A stretch of 64,000 nt of DNA, taken from NCBI GenBank assembly GCA_965207685.1, contig OZ242294.1, positions 1,143,558-1,207,557 of the forward strand. The letters are read 5' to 3'. This DNA comes from Thermodesulfobacteriota bacterium (GTDB taxonomy: Bacteria > Desulfobacterota_D > UBA1144 > Nemesobacterales > Nemesobacteraceae). The notes beneath the pieces were generated by a model. The model was not told the DNA's origin and did no database searches. It worked only from the letters and a program-made list of their open reading frames with translations. Made by a program: the position numbers and the translations under genes. Shown one piece after another: positions 1-8,568 of the stretch (within the stretch, counting starts at the first letter, position 1; each line of letters begins with the position of its first letter).

Positions 1-543
1 TATTATCGGCATGGAGAAACCCACCGACTGCATGAGTTTCTGTCCGTACTCGATCACCCACTGCTCGGGAGCCAGGGAGTAGAAGTCCGCAAGCGTCATC
101 CACTCTCCTCCCTTCATTATCTCCCCGTAGTCGACGCTAACCAGAAAAGCGGTCATGTCTCCGCCGTCCATGGCGTTGAGCACTGAGCACTCCGCGTAGG
201 AGTGTATTCCCTCCAGGACGGGACAGCCGTTTCTGCCCTCGAAATGATCTATGCCGATAAACTTTTTTTTGTCCCTGCCCGAATAAAAGCCGAAGTTCCG
301 CACAAGGGCGATCTGGTCCCTCTTCAGAAGATGAACCACGAGATTCCTGCTTTCCATTATGAACCCGTGGGTGTGATTTCCCTTCCATATCCCCATAAGA
401 AGCCTGGGCACGGTGTGGACTATAGAGGAGGTGACAAGAGTCACCGCCACCTGGCCGTTTATCTCGTCCTCCCGCCTGCTGGTTATGATCACCACAGGGC
501 AGTTATGCCAGAAAACCCCGGTAACTGAAGGCGCGTCGTTCAC
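1..543 (-). CDS. Hypothetical protein, partial (C-terminus lies beyond window start)
   Basis: Uninterrupted reverse frame from GTG (rc of 541..543) to the window edge, 181 codons (VNDAPSVTGVFWHNCPVVIITSRREDE...GQKLMQSVGFSMPII). AAGGAG (rc of 551..556) lies 7 nt upstream of the GTG. No family recognised by eye. Confidence 0.4.
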   Translation of the reverse strand, partial: MNDAPSVTGVFWHNCPVVIITSRREDEINGQVAVTLVTSSIVHTVPRLLMGIWKGNHTHGFIMESRNLVVHLLKRDQIALVRNFGFYSGRDKKKFIGIDHFEGRNGCPVLEGIHSYAECSVLNAMDGGDMTAFLVSVDYGEIMKGGEWMTLADFYSLAPEQWVIEYGQKLMQSVGFSMPII

Positions 544-687
544 TGAAAAACTCCTTGTTTTCCTCCCCGGCAGAAAATGCCGCGGGAGAATTGAAAAAAC
601 ATCCCCCTTGTGCTATAGTAACCCCGTCTTTTTAAGTTTACCCGCTGCAGCGCGGCGGCGCCTTTTAAACGGACTGAAATCCTGATC

Positions 688-1458
688 ATGAGAAAAATAA
701 TCCCGGCTGTTGCTTTCCTTTTTCTGGTCGTGGGCGTTCTGCATATCTCGGGCTGCTCGAAGAAGGTTCCCCCACCTCCTCCCCCCGCTGAAGCTACGGA
801 TACCCAGGACAGGGTTATGGCGGTATCGGAGATGCTTGAGGAGGCCCGTGCGGAGGGCGCCGAAGACACCTGGGAATATGAAGAGGCGCAAAAGCTCTTC
901 GAGATGGCACAGGACCTTATAAGCGAAGGGGAGATTGAGGAAGCTGAGAAGGCCCTTTCTCAGGCGGAACTCAAGGCCACGCAGGCAATCGGCGCCGCAA
1001 GGGAAGATACCTACATGGAGGGCTTTGACGAAGAGGCCCAGGAAATGCGGAAATCCCTGCTGAGCGACGCCTTCTCCAAGGAGAACCTGATAAACCTTCC
1101 CACCTCGGACGTCTTTTTCGAATTTGACAAAGCGGAGATATCAAAAGAGGCGATGGAGATAATCGACGCCAACATAGGCGTCTTCCAACAAAATAAAGAC
1201 AAAATCAAATTCATTCTCGTCTTCGGGTTCTGCGACATCCGCGGGACCGAGGAATACAACCTCTCCCTCGGAAAGAAAAGAGCGGATGAAATCAAAAAAT
1301 ACATGATCGGAAAGGGGATGTCTCCCGACATGCTGCACTCCATCAGCAAGGGAGAAACGGAAATATGGCAAGAGGGAACTTCGGAGGAGGCTTACAGCCG
1401 CAACAGGCGAGGACACTTCATGGCCCTCTCTGGCAACAATTCCTCAGAGAATCAATGA
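688..1458 (+). CDS. pal: Peptidoglycan-associated lipoprotein Pal (OmpA-like C-terminal domain)
   Basis: Signal peptide plus lipobox (VLHISGC). C-terminal OmpA-like domain: FFEFDKAEI...GFCDIRGTEEYNLSLGKKRADEIKKYM...RNRRGHF. An acidic helical linker makes it longer than typical Pal. Confidence 0.85.
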   Translation: MRKIIPAVAFLFLVVGVLHISGCSKKVPPPPPPAEATDTQDRVMAVSEMLEEARAEGAEDTWEYEEAQKLFEMAQDLISEGEIEEAEKALSQAELKATQAIGAAREDTYMEGFDEEAQEMRKSLLSDAFSKENLINLPTSDVFFEFDKAEISKEAMEIIDANIGVFQQNKDKIKFILVFGFCDIRGTEEYNLSLGKKRADEIKKYMIGKGMSPDMLHSISKGETEIWQEGTSEEAYSRNRRGHFMALSGNNSSENQ

Positions 1459-2258
1459 GAAAAAAATATCTGGCCGTCGCTGTAGTATCATTTTGCTCCA
1501 TCTTCATGTACGGGTGCGTAGCCTCGGAAGGGGACCTGGATTTTCTTTATTCGAGGCAAAGGGAAGTCGAAACGACTCTCAAAAAGACACAGAAGGACAT
1601 TGACTGGCTGAAGGCGGAAGTTAAAAAAGAAGACAATATCGTTAATCTCAACGAAAAGACTTTCGAACTCGAAAACAAGCTTCTGGAACTCGAGCAGATA
1701 ATAGGCGAGATGCATACGCAGACCGAAGAACGGTTCAAAAAAATAGAAACCGGGCTCTCGGCAATGGCAGAGACCGAATCCAAGGCCGCAGTTCCCGAAC
1801 CACAGACGCCACCCGCCCCAGCTTCCGAGCAAGCTTCTGAAACCGCAGACGCCGAGCCATCCCCCGCGGAAAAAGACCCCAAGGAAAGTTACAACCTGGG
1901 GCTAAAGGAGTTCGCCGACGGCAACTATGAGGCCGCAAGGGCGTCGCTTCGAGAGTATCTTGCCGCCGCCCCCGGAAGCGATGAGGCCGCAGACGCCATG
2001 TTTCTCATCGCGGATTCCTACTTCAAGGAAAAATTCTACGAAGAATCCATACTCGAATACCAGAACATAATCGAAACCTGGCCCGCCAGTCCCAAAATTC
2101 CGCTTTGCCAGCTCAATCAGGGAATCGCACTCTTGAAGATAGGGAAACCCAACGAGGCGAGCCTCTTTTTCGAATCGCTGATCGAGGCGTACCCGGACTC
2201 ACCCGAAGCCGCAACAGCGAAAGAACACCTTAAGACCTTGTCCACGCCGGGAGAATAA
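1455..2258 (+). CDS. cpoB: Tol-Pal system protein CpoB/YbgF (coiled coil + TPR)
   Basis: ATG at 1455 overlaps the pal stop (ATGA). Signal/lipobox MYGC, coiled-coil N-half, P/A/E-rich linker and C-terminal TPR repeats (YNLGLKEFADGNYEAA...YPDSPEAATAKEHL). Canonical position after pal. Confidence 0.75.
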   Translation: MRKKYLAVAVVSFCSIFMYGCVASEGDLDFLYSRQREVETTLKKTQKDIDWLKAEVKKEDNIVNLNEKTFELENKLLELEQIIGEMHTQTEERFKKIETGLSAMAETESKAAVPEPQTPPAPASEQASETADAEPSPAEKDPKESYNLGLKEFADGNYEAARASLREYLAAAPGSDEAADAMFLIADSYFKEKFYEESILEYQNIIETWPASPKIPLCQLNQGIALLKIGKPNEASLFFESLIEAYPDSPEAATAKEHLKTLSTPGE

Positions 2259-2292
2259 AAGCTCCGGCAGTGGTCGGCACTGAACTGTTTTC

Positions 2293-3585
2293 ATGAAAAC
2301 CACAAACTCAGAGAAGCTTTTTCGCAGGGCGAGAAACGTTCTTGTGGGCGGGGTGAACAGTCCGGTGAGATCTTTTGCGGCCGTGGGAGGTTCGCCGCTT
2401 TTTGTATCAAGGGCCGAAGGTCCCTACGTATACGACGCCGACGGCAACAGGTTCATCGACTACGTGGCCTCTTGGGGACCGCTGATCCTTGGACACTCGC
2501 ATCCCTCGGTGGTAAGTGCCGTCGGGGAAAGGCTTCCGCTGGGAACGAGCTTCGGCGCTCCGTGCGAACTGGAAACGGACCTTGCCGCGCTTATAACAAG
2601 ACACTTTCCCTCGATTGAGAAGGTCCGCCTTACCAATTCCGGAACCGAGGCCACCATGAGCGCCATAAGGCTTGCAAGAGCGGTCACCGAAAGAGAGTAC
2701 ATAATCAAGTTCGAGGGATGCTACCACGGACACTCGGACTTTCTGCTCGTGAAATCCGGTTCTGGGGCCACGACTTTCGGGAATCCAAGCAGCGCCGGGG
2801 TCCCGAAATCGTTTGTGAACAGAACGCTGCTTGCCCGGTATAACGACATAGATTCCGTCAAAAGGCTTTTCGAGAAGCACCCCCGGAAAATCGCCGGAGT
2901 GATAATCGAACCCGTGGCGGGAAACATGGGAGTGGTGACCCCGGAGAAAAACTTCCTAAAGAGACTGCGCTCCGCTTGCAAAAAACACGGAGCGGTTCTC
3001 ATCTTTGACGAGGTCATAACGGGGTTTCGCCTCGCCAGGGGAGGCGCGCAGGAACTGTTCGGCGTAACTCCGGACATAACCTGTCTCGGGAAGATAATAG
3101 GAGGAGGCCTCCCGGTTGGGGCGTACGGGGCCAGTGCAGAAATAATGGGGATGGTTTCCCCCGAAGGTCCCATGTACCAGGCGGGCACCCTTTCGGGAAA
3201 TCCGCTTGCCATGGCGGCGGGGATCGCGACGGTAAGAGAACTTAACCCGAGAACCTACAGGCGCCTTGAGAGCCTGACCGTCTCCTTGGTATCCGGAATA
3301 AGGGAGACAATAGCCGAGCTCGGCATTGCCGCCACAGTAAACTCCGTAGGCTCCATGTTCACCGTGTTTTTTACCGACAAGAAGGTAACTAACTATGCCG
3401 GGGCGCTTGGATGCGATACCGAGAAGTACGCGAGGTTCTTCAGAAATCTTCTTCAAAACGGGGTCATGTTCCCGCCGTCTCAGTTCGAAAGCGTATTCGT
3501 TTCGACCGCCCACACGAAAAAGCAGATAGACCTTACGCTACAGGCAGTCCGCACGTCGCTTCGGGAAATTTCCGGGGGAGAGTGA
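2293..3585 (+). CDS. hemL: Glutamate-1-semialdehyde 2,1-aminomutase
   Basis: Full-length class-III aminotransferase with the HemL N-terminus (LFRRARNVLVGGVNSPVRSF...GPYVYDADGNRFIDYVASWGPLILGH) and the PLP region FDEVITGFR. Confidence 0.95.
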   Translation: MKTTNSEKLFRRARNVLVGGVNSPVRSFAAVGGSPLFVSRAEGPYVYDADGNRFIDYVASWGPLILGHSHPSVVSAVGERLPLGTSFGAPCELETDLAALITRHFPSIEKVRLTNSGTEATMSAIRLARAVTEREYIIKFEGCYHGHSDFLLVKSGSGATTFGNPSSAGVPKSFVNRTLLARYNDIDSVKRLFEKHPRKIAGVIIEPVAGNMGVVTPEKNFLKRLRSACKKHGAVLIFDEVITGFRLARGGAQELFGVTPDITCLGKIIGGGLPVGAYGASAEIMGMVSPEGPMYQAGTLSGNPLAMAAGIATVRELNPRTYRRLESLTVSLVSGIRETIAELGIAATVNSVGSMFTVFFTDKKVTNYAGALGCDTEKYARFFRNLLQNGVMFPPSQFESVFVSTAHTKKQIDLTLQAVRTSLREISGGE

Positions 3586-3814
3586 AATCAGAAATCCTAA
3601 CTGGCTTTTTTTCATCGTAATCGGAGTTGAGTTCGCTTTTTCCGTCATAGCGGGGCTCTTCCTCGGCAACTACATAGACGAAAAACTTGACACCGCTTTC
3701 CCTTTCTTTACCCTGCTAGGTCTTGTGTGCGGAGTAATAGCGGGACTGACCCTGCTTCTGCGGACACTCAAACTCAGGCAGCAGAGAAAAAACGGAAACG
3801 ATGAAGGATCTTAG
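3582..3814 (+). CDS. AtpZ/ATPase_gene1-like small membrane protein; start unresolved (possible frame break at T7 run 3606..3612)
   Basis: The frame-2 ORF ending at TAG 3812..3814 encodes WLFFIVIGVEFAFSVIAGLFLGNYIDEKLDTAFPFFTLLGLVCGVIAGLTLLLRTLKLRQQRKNGNDEGS, a two-TM AtpZ-like pattern, directly upstream of atpI. That frame has no ATG/GTG/TTG between the stop at 3527 and 3725. GTG 3582 (GTGA overlap with the hemL stop) joins this frame only if the T7 run were T8. Confidence 0.5.
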
Positions 3815-4145
3815 TCTCGGCGGAGTTGAGAAGCTTTCCCTAGCGGTAACGGCACTTCTTTTCGCCGTGAATATCGCCATCGGAGAAAGGGAAATGGCGG
3901 TTGCCATAGCGGTCGCGGGGGTCCTTTTTCTGCTGGATTACGTAGCCATAAAATTCGTCGTAAAGGCGCTTGCGGAAAAAAGGTATTCACTTGCGTTTTC
4001 CATGTTCATACTGGTCATGAAAATGCTCGCGCTGCTTGCGATAATAGCGGTTTTACTCGTATTTGCAAAACTGAATATATATGGTTTAATGATAGGCTTA
4101 ACTTCCGTGGTGATAGTAATAATAGGTAAAGGTTTGAAGGGTTAG
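3801..4145 (+). CDS. atpI: ATP synthase protein I (AtpI)
   Basis: 114-aa polytopic hydrophobic protein immediately upstream of atpB. Size, hydrophobicity and position are typical of AtpI. Confidence 0.6.
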   Translation: MKDLSLGGVEKLSLAVTALLFAVNIAIGEREMAVAIAVAGVLFLLDYVAIKFVVKALAEKRYSLAFSMFILVMKMLALLAIIAVLLVFAKLNIYGLMIGLTSVVIVIIGKGLKG

Positions 4146-4147
4146 AC

Positions 4148-4837
4148 ATGGAACATTTCAGCTGGTTTTCCCTTGCCGGTCTAATAAAATACGACCATAT
4201 TCTGGGCGGAGTGCTGGTACTCCTGTTCATACTGTTTATCGGCCTGAGGGTAACAAAACATTACTCGAGAGAAGAATCGGTAATCCCCGAAGAGAAACCG
4301 TCGATGAACATTTTCTTCGAACTCGTGGGACTTGAGTTCCTCTTCAATACGATTGAAAACGTTTTCGGGTCCCGTGAAAAGGCGAAGAAATACTTCCCGC
4401 TTCTGGCCGGGTCGTTTTTCTTCATACTGTTTGCAAACCTGCTGGGAATGATCCCGGGCTTTCTCCCGCCGACCGGAAACCTGAACACCACCGTAGCGTG
4501 CTCGCTTCTCATATTCGTCATGTACAACTACTACGGAATAAGGGAGCACGGGCTCGGTTACATCAAGCATTTTCTTGGCCCGGTACTTTTCCTCGCCCCG
4601 CTTATGCTGATCATCGAGCTTATAAGCCACCTCGTAAGGCCACTGTCGCTGTCTCTCAGGCTTTTCATGAACATAACAGGCGACCACATGGTGCTCGGGG
4701 TGTTTACCAACCTCACGCATATACTGATTCCCATGGCTTTCGTGGGGCTAGGTATTTTCGTATCTTTTTTGCAGGCTTTTATATTTACTATACTTTCGAC
4801 CATATATATCGCGCTTGCCGAAGCGCATGAACACTGA
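4148..4837 (+). CDS. atpB: F0F1 ATP synthase subunit a
   Basis: Multi-TM protein with the conserved a-subunit Arg region LSLSLRLFMNITGDH. Followed by the c subunit. Confidence 0.9.
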   Translation: MEHFSWFSLAGLIKYDHILGGVLVLLFILFIGLRVTKHYSREESVIPEEKPSMNIFFELVGLEFLFNTIENVFGSREKAKKYFPLLAGSFFFILFANLLGMIPGFLPPTGNLNTTVACSLLIFVMYNYYGIREHGLGYIKHFLGPVLFLAPLMLIIELISHLVRPLSLSLRLFMNITGDHMVLGVFTNLTHILIPMAFVGLGIFVSFLQAFIFTILSTIYIALAEAHEH

Positions 4838-4858
4838 CATAAACTTAGGAGGTAAGAA

Positions 4859-5185
4859 ATGAGAAGGTTGTTTTCTTTTATAGGTCTTGCGGCACTGGCT
4901 TCGTTCGGCATTTTCGTTCCCGACGCGTTTGCCGCGACTGAGGGGGGCTTGGGAGAGCTGGCAAAGATGGGACTTGGAATCGGCGCCGGAGTAGGCATAG
5001 GCATAGCCGCAGGCGTCGCTGGAGTGGGTCAGGGGCTCGCCACGGCTTCTGCTGTTGACGGCATAGCCAGAAATCCGGGCGCTTCCGCGAAGATCCAGAC
5101 ACCCATGATTATCGGTCTTGCCCTGATCGAGTCTCTGGTAATCTACGCCCTGTTGATAGCGTTTCTGCTTCAGGGAAAAATCTGA
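4859..5185 (+). CDS. atpE: F0F1 ATP synthase subunit c, with a ~36-aa signal-peptide-like N-terminal extension
   Basis: Core [20 protein letters not shown]...DGIARNPGA...[18 protein letters not shown] has the Gly-rich helix 1, the RNP loop and the carboxylate E in helix 2. The N-terminus [27 protein letters not shown] looks like a cleavable signal. An alternative start is Met at 4967. Confidence 0.9.
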   Translation: MRRLFSFIGLAALASFGIFVPDAFAATEGGLGELAKMGLGIGAGVGIGIAAGVAGVGQGLATASAVDGIARNPGASAKIQTPMIIGLALIESLVIYALLIAFLLQGKI

Positions 5186-5198
5186 CGCATATAAGATA

Positions 5199-5245
5199 AA
5201 GACGGGGAATACCACTGCAAGAAGGCTATTCCCCGTCTTCTTATT
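5199..5245 (+). terminator. Rho-independent terminator after atpE
   Basis: 13-bp perfect stem AAGACGGGGAATA (5199..5211) / TATTCCCCGTCTT (5227..5239) with a 15-nt loop, followed by CTTATT. It ends the F0 sub-operon, and no atpF/H/A/G/D/C genes follow. Confidence 0.6.
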
Positions 5246-5412
5246 ACCTGCTGTTTTTTCACGGCCCGATACGCAAAAAGAACCCATTCTTTGCAGGTCT
5301 CGCCTTTTTTGTACCAGCCGTGCCCCTTGTGCAGACCACCTCTAAGATATAAAACTCCACAACCCCAGTCACGGGTCTATCAATACAATTACAACTTCTC
5401 TTTTTAACTTAA

Positions 5413-5461
5413 TGTCTTATATAATAGACAGATAAATCTTTATTGCTAATAATATAAGACA
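5413..5461 (+). promoter_or_regulatory. Inverted repeat (candidate operator) abutting the XRE/HipB-like gene start
   Basis: TGTCTTATAT (5413..5422) and its exact complement ATATAAGACA (5452..5461) flank an AT-rich spacer containing a nested palindrome ATAAAtcTTTAT. The right arm ends 1 nt before ATG 5462. Confidence 0.35.
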
Positions 5462-5800
5462 ATGAAATCGCAAGCACCAGAAACACTTCCCCGGGCAGCG
5501 CGACAAGCTTTAGTGAAACTCGGCGCAGATATAGCCGTTGCACGCAAGAAACGCCGCATTTCGACGGTTTCAATGGCGGAACGTGCCTTTATCAGCCGTG
5601 CCACGCTTTACAAGGTTGAAAAAGGTGATCCCACGGTCTCAATGGGCATCTATGCGACGGTTCTGGCTATCCTTGGTCTTGCCGGGGGTCTGGCTGAAGT
5701 CGCCGACCGCATCAATGACTCTTTGGGTCTCGATCTTGACGAGGAGCGCCTGCCCAAGAAAATCATGCCTGTCCGCCGAGTAAGCAGAAGGAGTCGCTGA
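5462..5800 (+). CDS. XRE-family HTH transcriptional regulator (HipB-like antitoxin)
   Basis: HTH_XRE core RRISTVSMAERAFISRATLYKVEKGDPTVSMGIYATVLAILG. The stop overlaps the ATG of a HipA-C-terminus-like stub (TGATG). Confidence 0.7.
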   Translation: MKSQAPETLPRAARQALVKLGADIAVARKKRRISTVSMAERAFISRATLYKVEKGDPTVSMGIYATVLAILGLAGGLAEVADRINDSLGLDLDEERLPKKIMPVRRVSRRSR

Positions 5801-6040
5801 TGGCTGATACGATCGCGGAAAAAACCCGGGAACTTACAACTTGGATCTCGGAGCAAGGGCCTGAAGCCGATCTCGATCTGGCACGGGAGGCAGCACCGTT
5901 CTTTGCTCTGAAAAAAACAGGCCGAAGCAATAATTGACGAAATATCGGCTGCACTGAAAAGCTGGCAAAGCACAGCACGTCGCTTAGAGATGAGCTCCAG
6001 GGACATCGATACCTACGCCACGGCAATCCGAAGCAGTTAA
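5800..6040 (+). pseudogene. HipA-like kinase toxin remnant (C-terminal ~80 codons only, frame broken in an A7 run)
   Basis: ATG 5800 gives MADTIAEKTRELTTWISEQGPEADLDLAREAAPFFALKK, then a stop at 5935. Removing one A from the A7 run at 5911..5917 continues it as QAEAIIDEISAALKSWQSTARRLEMSSRDIDTYATAIRSS (stop 6038..6040). That resembles the extreme C-terminus of HipA-family proteins. No kinase core is present. Confidence 0.45.
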
Positions 6041-6134
6041 AACATTAACGAGTGAATCACGCGTCTTTATGCAGGTTGGACAGGAGAAATTATCGGATTG
6101 TAAGCGAAACTTGAACCGTAACCGCTAGCCACGG

Positions 6135-7481
6135 CTACTTTGGGTAATTCTTCAACACAAAATCTAAAGCTTCCTCTTTCGAGGCAAGCCTGTTTTCAAG
6201 CTGGAGTTCTTCCACCCTTCCCAGTATTTTCGAAAAAACGGGGCCGGGAGAATATCCAAGATCTATAAGGTCCTGTCCGCTGAGAAGCGACGGGGGTTTT
6301 ATTTCCTCCCTTCCATACTCTTCCATCTTTCCCCTGATGAAATCATAAGCATCAGTCAGTCCATGACTTGCCATGCAGTCAGCAAGATGCATCTGCATAT
6401 GCTCCTCAAAATACGGAAGGGAAAGAAACCTTTTAAGGGTGCTTTCTCTCATGTTGAAAACATCCTTGAACTTAAGATGCTCAAGGATAAGCTCGGAAAT
6501 TCTCTTTATCTGCTTTTTGGAGAATCTTAGCCTCCTGCAGATATCCTCAGACATCCTGGCCCCTACCCTGTCGTGTCCATTGAACCTTATCCTGTCAGAC
6601 TCGCTGTAAGTAGGCGGCTTGCCAACGTCATGGAGAAGCGCGGCGACGGCAAGCTCCTCCGAGTAGCGACCGCCGGTGTTGCCGTAGAGCATGTCCATCA
6701 CGAGGCAGGTATGCTCGAACACGTCTCCTTCTGGATGGAACTGAGGGGGCTGGCGAACTCCGTGCATACATTCGACTTCCGGGAGAAAATGCTCAAGGAG
6801 ACCGCTTGAACTAAGAAGTCTGAGTCCGTTCCCCGGATTCCGGCGGGTGAGTATCTTGACGAGTTCTTCGCGTATTCTCTCCCCGCTTACAACAGATATC
6901 GCGGCGGCCTCGTCGCGTATAGCGGAAAGTGCCGCTTCGTCAAGCTCAAAATCGAGACATGAAGCGAAGCGAACCGCTCTAATCATTCTAAGCCTGTCCT
7001 CGCCGAACCTTTCCTCGGGGTCCCCTATGGTCCTGACAAGCCTCCGCTTAAGATCCCCTAGACCCTCCACGTAATCGTAAAGCTCCCGAGAAACCGGGTC
7101 GTAAAGCATTCCGTTTATCGTAAAATCCCTTCTGCGGACATCTTCTTCCGGGCTTTTCGTGTAATCAACGTGTTCCGGATGCCTTCCGTCGCCGTAGCTC
7201 GATTCCCTCCTGAAGGTGGCAACCTCGAACTTCATGTCTCCTTTTATGACCAACACCACGCCGAAGCTCTTTCCCACCGCCACGGTCTTTGAAAACGCCT
7301 GCTGCACCTGCTCCGGAGTCGCGCTTGTCGCTATATCGATCTCGTCGCACTCAACACCGAGCAGGGCATCGCGCACGCAGCCGCCCACGAAAAAAGCTTC
7401 GTGTCCCTTTTCCCCGAGGGTCTTTACGACCTCAAGAGCCCCCGCGAAATTTTTCTTCTCGAAATCAAGTTCCCTTTTCAT
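6135..7481 (-). CDS. cca: CCA-adding tRNA nucleotidyltransferase with HD domain
   Basis: PolyA_pol head FFVGGCVRDALLG..DEIDIATSATPEQV, RRDFTINGM, RLRMIRAVRFA, and a C-terminal HD region LLHDVGKP. Confidence 0.9.
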   Translation of the reverse strand: MKRELDFEKKNFAGALEVVKTLGEKGHEAFFVGGCVRDALLGVECDEIDIATSATPEQVQQAFSKTVAVGKSFGVVLVIKGDMKFEVATFRRESSYGDGRHPEHVDYTKSPEEDVRRRDFTINGMLYDPVSRELYDYVEGLGDLKRRLVRTIGDPEERFGEDRLRMIRAVRFASCLDFELDEAALSAIRDEAAAISVVSGERIREELVKILTRRNPGNGLRLLSSSGLLEHFLPEVECMHGVRQPPQFHPEGDVFEHTCLVMDMLYGNTGGRYSEELAVAALLHDVGKPPTYSESDRIRFNGHDRVGARMSEDICRRLRFSKKQIKRISELILEHLKFKDVFNMRESTLKRFLSLPYFEEHMQMHLADCMASHGLTDAYDFIRGKMEEYGREEIKPPSLLSGQDLIDLGYSPGPVFSKILGRVEELQLENRLASKEEALDFVLKNYPK

Positions 7482-7569
7482 AAATTCGCCACCATGGTGC
7501 GCAAACCGGTTAAATTATAGTTTTTAATTCTACCCGAATCACAATCCGCAAAGGCGGGTCAGGAGAAGA

Positions 7570-8565
7570 ATGAACGAAAGGAACTTCCGCAATTTCCTCG
7601 TACAAAGGACAAAAGAAAACGGCTCAAGGTTGCTGTTTCAGAAAAAAGACGGATGGAGCTGGAAACAGATCACCTGGCCTGATCTCGTTACAGAGGTTGA
7701 AAGCATAGCATGCTTTCTTCTGAATTCGGGGTTCTCAACGGGAAGCAAAATTGTTGTTCTCTCGCCCAATACGCTGGCGTGTCTTTTTTTCGAACTGGCG
7801 GTATTCGCTCTGGGAGGGATCTGCCTGCCCGCAAGGAACACGAAGGAAGCAAGGGAAATCCTCGTTAACTCATCCGGAAACTGCTTTTTTCTTTGCGCAA
7901 GCGCGGATGAGGCGCGCGAACTCGTCGAGACCCCAGAGCTCGGAGAAAAGATAGAAAAGGTTTTTCTAAGCGTAAACGAAAAGATTCCTGTGGAGGAAAA
8001 AACGGTCAGTTACTCGAACGTCGTGAAATTCGGTTTTCTCGGCAGGAAAAAGCTCAGGGACGAAATAAACGCGATTGGAAGCTCGTTAAAAGGGGATTCC
8101 CCAGCCGTAATATTTGACGCGGGGGCCGCCGCGGACGAGAGCAAAAGCTTTTCCCATGGAGACATACTCGATCTCCTGAGTCTCTCAGAACAGGAACTGG
8201 GAGAAATTTCAATCGAGGACCAGACATTCTCCTACCTACCCGGCTGCAGTTCTTTTTCCAAGTTCGCCAATCTGCTTAATCTTCAGACCTCAGCCAGGGG
8301 GGCCATTGCGGAAGACTCGGAAGACTTTTTCGTCGATATCCCAGAGATAATGCCGGTTATGCTTTTTCTTCCGGGTTCCGAGATCGAAAATGTCGTTAAC
8401 AGTCTCCGGGGCGGAAACGGTTCGGCAGACAATCTAAGAAGCGATCTCGGGGGAAGAATAAGGCTTCTGCTTACGGATGCCCTGCCGCCCGAGAGAACAA
8501 GGGACCTGCTGCTTGCGCAGAATATATCGGTCGTCAAGCTTGGCAGTCTTTCGGTCGTTCCCTGA
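7570..8565 (+). CDS. Adenylate-forming (acyl-CoA synthetase)-like protein, short and with a degenerate AMP motif
   Basis: The N-terminus follows the FadD-like pattern (WSWKQITWPDLVTEVESIACFLLNSGFSTGSKIVVLSPNTLACLFFELAVFALGGICLP). Where YTSGTTGxPKG is expected it reads VIFDAGAAADESKSFSHGDIL. It is only 331 aa, with no C-terminal subdomain. Confidence 0.5.
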   Translation: MNERNFRNFLVQRTKENGSRLLFQKKDGWSWKQITWPDLVTEVESIACFLLNSGFSTGSKIVVLSPNTLACLFFELAVFALGGICLPARNTKEAREILVNSSGNCFFLCASADEARELVETPELGEKIEKVFLSVNEKIPVEEKTVSYSNVVKFGFLGRKKLRDEINAIGSSLKGDSPAVIFDAGAAADESKSFSHGDILDLLSLSEQELGEISIEDQTFSYLPGCSSFSKFANLLNLQTSARGAIAEDSEDFFVDIPEIMPVMLFLPGSEIENVVNSLRGGNGSADNLRSDLGGRIRLLLTDALPPERTRDLLLAQNISVVKLGSLSVVP

Positions 8566-8568
8566 AGA

